DNA of 64,000 bases, taken from positions 1,860,001 through 1,924,000 of the forward strand of contig BQFW01000013.1 in the NCBI GenBank assembly GCA_020891255.1. The letters run 5' to 3'. Positions within the stretch are counted from its first letter, which is position 1; each line of letters starts with the position of its first letter. The notes under the pieces were generated by a model. That model was not told the DNA's origin and searched no databases. It worked only from the letters and a program-made list of their open reading frames with translations. Made by a program: the position numbers and the translations under genes. Of this stretch, positions 36,098-45,988 are shown piece after piece. The DNA comes from Entomortierella parvispora E1425 (Eukaryota; Fungi; Mortierellomycota).

Positions 36098-37139
36098 TTC
36101 TGTACTAGGAGAATGGGAGTTCTTGTTGCTGGGTGTTATCTCGTTGCTGGAATGTAGACGGGTTTTGGTTCAGCAAACGCAATGGTTTAAATAGAGAATT
36201 CCTGGCGATCACAAAAGGATGTACAAAAAGAGGAATAAGACAGCCATTAACGAGAGTTTACTGCGGGAGAAGAGCGCAGCTCTAAGCACAGGCAACACCA
36301 TCTTGGTATCCCCTCTGCGCAGCTCCCTTTTACAGCAACGTAATAATCAGAGCAGGCACCGAAAGGATCAGTCTGCAGAATTGGCATGGAAAGGTCCAGT
36401 TAGCGCTGCCTTTGTTTACGTGTATGAAGATATCTTACCCCTGGGAAGCAAGGGCGCGGTAACTCCTCCGAGTAACACACGCGATCTAATTGGCGGAAGT
36501 GACTCCGGGCAAAGTGACATGTAACACCAAACTGTCGCCAAGACGATGACCTGCAGAATCATGCATCATTGGAGGATTGCACCAGACAATCACCGCGTTA
36601 CATTCACAGTCCACAACCACTCCACTGCCGTAACATCGCCTATTCATATCACCATGGGCATGCTGGGTGCGCAGGCAGCGAGTGAATTGTGTGGCAATAC
36701 GAGTATGCACAATCCGAGAACATATCAGAAAAAAAAAGTATTCCACTTTAGCCATGTGGTTCTATTTCTTCTGGGCGTTGGAGCGCAGCAGGGCTGCCAC
36801 ATCTGTCAGTTGTGCTACAAAGGAAAGTAAGGAGCACTAGCATAGACAGGCTGTACCAAATAAAGACAGTGCTGGCATCAGTATGTTGGTCGAAGGCTAT
36901 ACGCCCAGCAATTCTTTGTCTGCAACAAGTGTTCCTCCAGTTGTGGGGTCCAAGGTCTGCCACTTAAACACACCGATACTCTTGACCCTCTAGGAAAAAG
37001 GTCAGACAAGTGCTTTTCTGGTGCTGCAGAATAGCTCAGAGTATATTTTATATCATCCTTGAGCTCGCTATAATGTTTTGGAACATCTTGACCGAGTACG
37101 TTTCTGCCGTTAGGTGGTAGGCAGAAGTTGTTTTTTGCG

Positions 37140-37430
37140 TTAGGAGCGAGCTGCCTGTTTGGTGAGGGGATATCTTCTGCAAGGTTTGCGGCCGCAGGCA
37201 GTGTTAACATCGATAGATTCGCCAAAGATATTGACGTTCCAGCCGTTGTCCCAGTCTTGCAGGCATTTGCCTGTCCAAAAACATTTTATCGGGGTCAAGT
37301 TGTCCTCCAAGCCTGCGGCGTCGTTTTCGTCTATGGAGGCTTCATTGTTCAAGAGTGTTACGGCCTTAGTCAGTATAGCACTGGCAAGCAAAGAGAGTAG
37401 AACCAACGGCCTGAAACTTTGAGTTTGCAT
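37140..37430 (-). CDS. Putative small secreted Cys-containing protein (96 aa)
   Basis: MQTQSFRPLVLLSLLASAILTKAV signal-like peptide, acidic pro-like segment, then IKCFWTGKCLQDWDNG...TACGRKPCRRY with 4 Cys. Confidence 0.4.
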   Translation of the reverse strand: MQTQSFRPLVLLSLLASAILTKAVTLLNNEASIDENDAAGLEDNLTPIKCFWTGKCLQDWDNGWNVNIFGESIDVNTACGRKPCRRYPLTKQAARS

Positions 37431-38247
37431 CAGCGAGAAGATGAAGGAGAGTAGTAGTGAAGATGGACGAACGAACGAGCGAGCAATAAACGAATCCAAA
37501 GAGGAACTGAAAAAAAAGTTTTTTGTCGATTCGCAGGTCGCCACGCTTGCAACCTTGTTGATAGCGGGCCTTTGCCATCTCCCACAAATCATCCAGCTGT
37601 CTTCCAAGGTTATCGCTGCTCTAGTTTGTTCAATTGTATGTCAGACCCTGTCCGTCAGAGTCTGTCCGTCAGTATAGGGCACACGAGAGGTTAAAGTCAA
37701 TGAGACCTAGCGCGCCTTCAGCAGGGTACGGGCTCGGCTCCGAACAGCGACTAGAGTTGAGTCGATCTTGAGTACTTCTGCCCCCGCCACCCTCCAATAT
37801 CTGTACGAACTCCTTAAAGCCTTCAGCTTTCCTTTGACCATCCGATGGGCCCACTCATGAACATCATTTCCGACAGCCTCTGAGAGTCGATTCACACTTG
37901 GCCAGCAGCCATGCCTTCAAGAAGCCCTTCCACTACCTGGCCCCTCCCTTGATCTTGGTCCCTCGAGCTCACCTTCCTTGACCCTCCATCTGCCACAAGC
38001 AAGCGCTCCTCTGCCTCTCAAACCTCGGCCACAAGACCGCCCGCTTCAAGCCCCGGCCTCAAAAGTCGCCTGCCTTGACAACCCTCGCTCATGGCACTGC
38101 AGATGCGTTCATTGGGTGAGTCCCACGAAAAACACTAAGGTAACTGGCGCAGACCGATAGAACCATTTTTTTTACTGCTCATGGAACGTCCTTTATAGAT
38201 TGTTTACAATGTGGATGGCAAACCAATGGCATGGCACTGCAGATAGT

Positions 38248-39042
38248 CTACAGCACGTGGGCTTCGTACAGTGAAGAGATGATCCACGCAATGACACCCG
38301 TCGCTGCGGCCGCACCGGCAAAGAAACTACCAGCGTGAGCTCGTGCAATTGCAAAGAGCGAGAGTTCCTCATTGGTTACGGAGATGTCTTTCAGAAGTGA
38401 GATTTTGATTGCAGTTTGTCCTCTGAGAATCATCAAGATCTCCTTAGCGAAGCCGTCGTTGTTAATCTTGCCTTTATCATGCATGAGTAGAGAGACTGTT
38501 TTGATCTGGATATCGAAAGAGAAATTCTCGATTTTCAGCTTTCCAAAGAAGGAGCGGAAATTGTCGTGCGCCACGAATTGTTTGTACATGTCGTAAACGT
38601 CGTCGTCCATGATCTGGTTGACAATGACCTGAAATTCAACCTTTCTCTGAGCATTGGCCTCGCGGACACTGCTGTTCACTTTGGACATAAGAACCAAGTC
38701 CTGATCGCTGGGGCCACGATTATCGGCTTTCAAGACAAAGACTAACTTGAAGTTGTAATCCTTTTTAAGCGCGCGCGTCAACACTTTACAGTTGCCCTTG
38801 GTCCCTTTCTCGTCTGGCTCAAAGAGGCCTGGGATGTCCATAAGCACGGCTGGAACAGGTGGGTCGGTGCCCAGAACTACGCGACGTTCCGAAATCTCTT
38901 TAGTGAATCCTTCTCTGAACTTGACACCTGATGAAAATCTGCCTCCTATCTGAGAGAGGAGCGCGCTCTTTCCTGCGCCGATGTTTCCAATGAACATCAC
39001 TGCAATGGGCATCCTGTTGGCACAACTGGGCTCCAATGACAT
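38248..39042 (-). CDS. AIG1/GIMAP-like P-loop GTPase, intronless, hydrophobic C-terminus
   Basis: G1 GNIGAGKS, G3 LMDIPGL, C-terminal AGSFFAGAAAATGVIAWIISSLY. Confidence 0.8.
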   Translation of the reverse strand: MSLEPSCANRMPIAVMFIGNIGAGKSALLSQIGGRFSSGVKFREGFTKEISERRVVLGTDPPVPAVLMDIPGLFEPDEKGTKGNCKVLTRALKKDYNFKLVFVLKADNRGPSDQDLVLMSKVNSSVREANAQRKVEFQVIVNQIMDDDVYDMYKQFVAHDNFRSFFGKLKIENFSFDIQIKTVSLLMHDKGKINNDGFAKEILMILRGQTAIKISLLKDISVTNEELSLFAIARAHAGSFFAGAAAATGVIAWIISSLYEAHVL

Positions 39043-39880
39043 AGTTTTAGGCGGCTTTGGTGGTGCTCTGAAGGACTGAACAAAAATATCCTTAATTCTG
39101 GTACCTCTTGTGTGTGCTGTGGTGTATTTTGGACTTATGATAAACAGAAGGGTGGGGAGTAATGAAGGAATGCCGATGGACCTCGCTTCTGGTCTCTTTT
39201 TTAAGATTTATTTGCAGTCTGCATTGTTGCCACTCCATTTGCTTCGCCTTGTGCTTCTGCTGTTGCGCCTCCCTCGTCTTTGCTTTGCCTTTGCTTTGCC
39301 TTTGCCATTTTTTTAACCTTTGAGTACAAGACGCGAGAAGGTAGAGGACGAGGTACATCATGAAACATGTAAGGAGAATTTACGCCACACAGATAGTTGT
39401 TCACCAGCCTTAGTGGTTCGTCTCTGCTGAATGCATAGCCCAGTGCTGGTCAAATGTAGTACCAGGTACAGTCTGGCTGTTCCAAAAAATCCTCCCAGGT
39501 GGATCAATACTCACAGTCACGGATCCCCACAGTCATAGCCTCAGCCCTGGTACCCAAAACAGTTCAGCATCGGCGACCAAGTTTGTTCATTGACACCAGA
39601 TGAAGAACGATGTTTTCTCCTATCTTTTTCTTGACACATCAGTGAGATGTGGGGGCGAAATTTGAATTGCACCTTCAGGTTTCGAGTTATCGCCTCCGCT
39701 CAAAATCCCCAATGCCGAGGCTCGGGACCTCCTCCCTTCAATTTATAAAAAGTATAGCATCGTGCAATGTAGATGATGCGGGTGAACCATTTATTTATCC
39801 ATACGGCGCAACATGACTAGGGTGGATGGTTATCTTAGTGGCAATGTCGAAAAAATAAGAAAAAAAAAGGACTTAAGTTG

Positions 39881-41787
39881 CTAAACCACTTTGCTCTCAT
39901 AGAATTTTTGAAGCGGTCCCAAATCTTGAAGTGCCTGGATCCATTCGTCCATCTTGAAGGTTCGCTCTAAATGATCCACCACAACACGAAAAGCTCCTTT
40001 TTTGTCTTCGCCAGGAAGAAGCTTGTACAAAAACATCTCCACGTGTCGAGTGTTGCAAGTTTTTCGATTGCATTGGAAGGTGAACTGATGCGCCCGAGAA
40101 AAGCAGTGCAAAATGGACTCCAAAAGCCAGGCGAATGGGACACCGTCTTTTGATTCAAGTGGAAACGACTTTCGATTGTTGGGGTTAATCCCACACATCA
40201 CTTCATGGGCCGTATGGACCTTTAAATCGCTTATGTACGTCCTTGCACACTCCTTTCTTGATAACGACGCATTGATTCGATATTACTAAAGATATAAAAG
40301 CAATGTGAGAAAGTATTGTATCAGTTATATCAATGGGTTTCTTAGATAGCATACATTTCAGCTTTCGATAGATGTAGTCGAAGCATAACGTTCACGCACA
40401 GTTCTTATCGTAATACTGAAAGTAGCTGGGATTATAGATTGTGAAATACACATATCCAGTCCTGAAGGGCCATAGAGTTTTATCCTCGTTTCTCTTCAAT
40501 TCCGAAGTGTTGAGGTCGGTGAGATGCTGGTGTATCGTATATAGAATGGACCGTCGGATATACTCTGGATAGCTGGATGTGATTTCTAATCGAATAGTTA
40601 CATACGGTTGGTTAGAAAAGATGTGTAAACCTATTCACTTCATCAACATATTCTTTCTCACCTTCCACTCTTTTAACAAAACTATCAATACAATCTCGGA
40701 TGTATCTATTCCTCGAGGGATAAAGGTCCTGCGGTACGAGCTCATGAAGAAGATCTGGCTCCCTTGCGCCTACATACCATCCCTCGACAAGTTTTATGTC
40801 CACTGGTCGATCAGCGATATAGTATAGCCTCAATTCCTCGCGTGTACGCGTGTGGTTTGAAATGTGTGCACGGAAAATGTCGCCTTTGGTGACTTTGCGT
40901 TGATCTCGATGTTCTTGATGTTGGCAGGTTTCAGCCTCATTCTTGCATAAAGTCATAAGTTGGGTAATACCTCGGCAGAGAGAGGGGTCACGATTATCGA
41001 TGGCATTTTGCCAAGTGATAAATCTATTCTGCGCTGGATGGCGCGCATATGAGCAGCTCGCATCACTTAAGCATTGTGTGCCACGTAGGGTTGTTGCTTG
41101 GCAGCGAGGGCGTCCGTAGCGAGAGGATGATTCACACCCGTCATTTATAACCCGGATCAGTCTCAGTGACTGTGGAGATTCTTCGGCAGGACTTGTAGGT
41201 TTCTCAGGTTTCTTAGAAGGCTGTTCAATTTCAATCGCAGGGGATTGGTCAATTTCCTTTTTTTCTTCGGTTTCTGATGGTTCAAGTGATTCAGATGAAT
41301 GGCCTGCTTTGGTGTCCGGTAGAGCGCTGCCACGGCTAGCCGTAGCACCAGATGGATGAAGGATGTCATTGTCCTCTTTGGCAAACGTTTGCTCGTCCTG
41401 AGCTTTATCGGCCCCTGCAGCAAAAGCAGTGTCCACGGTTTTCTTCTCACTATCTTCTTGATGGGAAGAGGTCAACAGAGATGTGAACGAAACCGCAAGG
41501 CCTTGCACCTCAGCATCAGCATTGGAGCCTTTTGTTTCTTCTGTGAGGTCCAAGGGCGGGTCAGTGGAGTTGACCGTGTCGTCAGGGGTGCTCTTACCAT
41601 TTTCTGTTCCATGGAGCCCGACGTTGTCGGATTCGTGCAGAGGAGTTGACGGTGGCGTTTGAGACGTGTCGATCCCATCTTCCTCTGCATTGTTGGTGTG
41701 TTGCTGGCATTCATTTGAGGTGACACATTGCTCCTCGAATGGTTGCGGTGAGCTTGGAGGGGTTTGCAGAGCTAATCTAGAGGACAT
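39881..41787 (-). pseudogene. T5orf172/Mug113-like (GIY-YIG-related) protein, 3 exons, with an apparent +1 frameshift at about 40208
   Basis: N-terminal RCQATTLRGTQC and CRGITQLMTLC motifs. Introns 40565-40661 and 40286-40399 give GYVYF...VIKKGVCKDVHKRF. After one extra C the frame continues HEVMCG...VPFAWLLESILH...CNRKTCNTRHVEMF. Confidence 0.65.
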
Positions 41788-42680
41788 GTGGGGTATGCGT
41801 GATGCAAGAGAATGATGAGGAAGCGAAAATGCATTCAGCTGTCGAAGCATTCTCTTTTGTACAAGCGAGGGCGAAGCATGGCGCGTGGTCCACGGCGATT
41901 TCAAACTCAGCTTGTACCTGACTCGAGAACCGTGCCCTTTTTTCTTCTTTTTTCTCTTTCCTCCCTGCTGCTGTGTTGACAAGAGGGTGCCCTCGCCCTG
42001 CACTTTGTGCACTCCAGGATCCAATGATCACTCATGTTCTGCTTTGCCTTCTGAATGGCTCACACGCCTTTTGTCCCAGCAGCCGCGGATGGTCCTTATT
42101 TTCGGCTAGAGTTACGTTGCTAGTGAGTTGACCTCTCTTCCCTCCTTTCGCAAAGCAGAATTTGAATGGATTTAATAATGAGGGTATATGGAGGACTAGG
42201 CTGGGGTCAAAAGTACAACCTGGCCTCTGGCACCACATCTCCGCTCTTGAATCCGGCGACCACGCAGTTGATGCAGCCCATGGTGATGAGCTTGATATTG
42301 ACGGTACACTTTGGGTTCTGTCTGCAAGGAACGTCGAACTGTTCTTTGGCGTCCAATGAGTTTTGATGATACTGTATTGCATATGTGGCTCGTGCTCTGG
42401 AAGGACTTGAATGATGGCGAGGATGAAAGGCGAGAATGAGATGAACAGAAATGGAGGATGAGGTGCGAAAAGGATTGGGAAATGAGGAATGAGGGAGGAG
42501 ATCCATTTTTTTTTTCTCTCTTTGGCGCTGGCCAAAAAAAAGTTGGAAACCAAAGTCTGTGTACGGTATTCCAGAAAAGCGCATTGAGTCCCTCGAAAAC
42601 GCGAGATTTGTGGAAGTGAGCGAGGTTTATTTCTTCAGGATAGTCTAGTGATATGATGCAGGAGGCACGCCGATGAAGGC

Positions 42681-44354
42681 CTAGCAGCCCATGGGCTTGG
42701 GAGAGATTCCGCTAGGACACGCAAAGAACGCAGTTAGATCAAGTCCGTCTTCTCGCAGAATATCCAAAGATTTTAAACAAGCAAAACAATTGCTACCGAA
42801 GACCTACCTGCACTGAGGAGCAGCACCTCCAGCGATGGCAATCTTCTGGAAGTTAAAGTTGCTGCATTTGGCACAGAGAATGTAAACACTCTGTCTGCTC
42901 TTCTTGGCCATGGTTCCATGGATGTTGTACAAGTTGATATTGGTGATGGGAGCTGCGCCGCCGGGCTTTCCGGTCGCGCCTGCGTTGGTATAGTCTTGCT
43001 GGATGACAATGCCATAGTCAGTGATGCCTGACAGGGTGGTGTCCGTGTAGGTGACGTTGTTGACCCTGCCACCGGTCGCGTTGGCATAGGCCTTGATGCG
43101 GACCGCGTTCGCAGAGTTGACGACCGTGTTTCCCTTGATCACTACACCATCCACAACGGCTCCAGCTTTGATGGACCCCTATTATTGTGCGAGTGAACAT
43201 ATGGGAGACAATGTTATTGTGGTCCTTAGTTTTCCTTTTTGGTGACATTTGAAAATGCACCACTTACAATTGAAATACCGTGGCCACCCTCACAGTAATT
43301 GCCGTTAAAGGCAATGTTGGTTCCACTGTTCACAGCAAGACAGTCATCGTTGTTGTACACCTTGGCGCCAGTGATGGTAACGTCTGAACAGGAGCTGACA
43401 TCGAACCCGTCGGTGTTGTGGGCAAGAGCATACTTGGGCCCACCTTTTAGATGGCGAAAGAGGAAGTGAGGAAATTGACCAAGATGTTAGAAGAAACCCC
43501 TCTTAACCTACATCAGTAACCGGCAATTGCTCCACAAAAAAAAAAAAAAAAAAATGGGGTGGGTCGGTCCTTACGATTATCGATAGTGATGTTGGTGAGA
43601 GCAAGTCCTTGACAGCCATTGACCGCAAAAGTGTGGACAGGAGATCCAATGATGGTGAGGCCAGTGATAGAGCCGCTCATCTTGCTGAGTCGGACAAACT
43701 TGGGCTTGTTGACGCCTCCATTTCCACCCTTGCCATCCCAGTAGAGCTATTGGATGGATGATGTTTAAAATCAGTTGGAGAGATTTGATCCATCACATTG
43801 AACAAATGGTGCAAGAAAAAGTGAAAACCTACTGGTCCGTTGCCGTTAAATGTACCTCTGGTACCGTCGACCTTGATGTTGGTACCACCAATGGTCACAA
43901 GGTAGTTGTTCTCGTCCAGGTTTCCCTTGGCAAAAGTGATAGTGCCGGCTAATGTCGAAAAGTCGATGTGAATGCAGGGTTAGAATTCAGGGCGTTTTTC
44001 TTTCGGGTAAACCAAAATTTAGAGGACCCTTACTGATCTTAATGGTGGTTCCAGCCTTGAGTCCACTGAGATCAATAATGTTGTTGGCAGGCACGGTGAA
44101 TGGACCTTGAATGGTGATCGCACTGCAGCCCTTGGTACCAGCAATTTGGTCGTAGGACGTGGCGACGCACCCGGAGCGTCCCTGAAGGCAGAGGGAAAAA
44201 AAAAAGTGAATCGTAAACCTCAGTAAGTGCTCTAATATTCCGCTATGACGAAGGTTTTCTACTTAGCTACCATCACGTATTCTGCAAGTACCTTGGTAGA
44301 AGTGGCCATGACGGTAGTGGCCGCGAAGGCGGTGATAATGGGCAAAAACTTCAT
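42681..44354 (-). CDS. Secreted endo-polygalacturonase (GH28), multi-exon
   Basis: Signal peptide [17 protein letters not shown]; catalytic motifs [22 protein letters not shown] and VRIK all intact; terminal 31-nt exon (42681-42711) gives [11 protein letters not shown]. Confidence 0.95.
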
Positions 44355-45441
44355 AATGAAAGGACTTCAGGGAGAGTTGAGTATGAGAGTGTAGAATTTG
44401 ACTGCTGAAGCTGGAGTTGATGATGAGGTAGATGCTGCTTTCCAGCGCGATCTATGGCCGCCTTTTATACCAGATGAGGGCTCGTAGGGTCGCATCATTT
44501 CCCAATAGCCATTACCATCTCAGAAATGTTGTGTGTTGTTGAATGTGCCAAACAAGAGCATGCATTAAACACCCTCTTCCTCTTCGCGTCTGTGAGCCAG
44601 TATATCTTCCCAAGTACGAAGCGAGAAAGATGCACACATTTCCCGTATCAACAGCACTTATCTTCTGTCAGTAAACAAGCTTATCGTCATGTCAACAAAC
44701 ACAGTCGTTCTATGTGTCTGCCCATGAATGCAGTGTCGCGGTAAAATGGGAAAGCAGTCTCCCGACAAACAGCTTAATGTGAACAATGCAAGCAACGGTC
44801 TTAATGTCAGAAAGTCGCACGCAACTTTATTGGTGCAACGCGAACTTTCCCAGGCTCTATCCAGGAGGACCTGGCTATGTGAGCAATTAAGACGTAATTT
44901 CAGCATGTACTCGTTGTGAAAAAAAAAGAGCACGAAATTACCTTTTTTTTTTGTAACCCAATTGCACCAACACGGCCCCAATGTTGTAGATCGTCCCCTT
45001 GGACATGTATTTCAATTTGTTCGATTGACCCCGATTGACCCCGGAGACAAAGAAGCTAGCCTTTGTGCAATGGGCAGAGTTCAACTGAAATAAATCTGTG
45101 GAGCGCATGCACGAGAACAACCAGGAAAAAAAATTTCATTCTCTCGGATATTCAAGGACCGTTGAGAGCGCGCCAGATGGGACAGAGGTACCCAGCTCTG
45201 ACAATGGTTGGACCGCGTATCCACATGTGGTGCTATCGTGGTGATGGTCTCAAAACGGAAATGAAGGCTCTTCCTAGGGCTCCAACTAGCGTCTACGACT
45301 ACCAGTGACCATTCGCAGACCCGAAGAGTCAAAGCGATGTCTGTGCACCTAACATCAATTCGCGCGACCTACCCACAAAAACGCAAGTTGTATAGCTTGT
45401 TTGATGCTCCTCGCTGTGCACAGCGTGTCCACCTTTAAGTA

Positions 45442-45726
45442 CAGTGTAAGTCGCACATTAGACCGAATTTCGGTCCATTGTGCGACTTTGCCAGTCTGTT
45501 CTTCGAAAATCAATTCAATGGTGACATTTGTGGCCAACTTTTTGATATGTCAAAATCAAATTTTTTTTTCATTTTTTTCCATTTTTTTTTTTTTTTTCCT
45601 TTTTTTTGTTGAGATCCACATATCAAAAAGTTGGCCACAAATGTCACCATTGAATTGATTTTCGAAGAACAGACTGGCAAAGTCGCACAATGGACCGAAA
45701 TTCGGTCTAATTTGCGACCTACACTG
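45442..45726. mobile_element. Tc1/mariner(pogo)-type MITE, 285 bp
   Basis: 109-bp TIRs (45442-45550 and 45618-45726, 2 mismatches) beginning CAGTG, flanked by TA at 45440-41 and 45727-28; T-rich 67-bp spacer; no coding capacity. Confidence 0.9.
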
Positions 45727-45988
45727 TACTCATATCCAAAGAGACACTTGATCACGAAATTATATTTTGAATTTGCTTTTATTTCAACAGTGGATTGGTG
45801 ACCCCATTGACATTCTCGTAAATCTTGGCAATTGAAAAACAACAGAAAAGTCGACCACTAATGGGTGGTAGATGGAAACGACCCATGTGCGAAATATAGT
45901 AGGGCTATATTTTCTTTCTATGTTTTCAGCTACGCCAAGCATTCTTTTAAATCGGAAACCGCACCAGCGTATTCTTTGGTACCCAAAA

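Noticed and set aside
36200-36830. Cys-rich short frames that might encode a secreted peptide
   Set aside because: No consistent signal peptide, splice structure or single frame could be built.
37700-38100. Interrupted frames faintly resembling LINE reverse transcriptase (YLYELLKAFSFPLTIRW)
   Set aside because: No QGDPLSP or YADD motif recoverable; too weak without a profile search.
39201-39600. Stop-interrupted protein-like frame on the - strand ending in AKAKQRQSK repeats
   Set aside because: No family recognisable; may be a pseudogene but unsupported.
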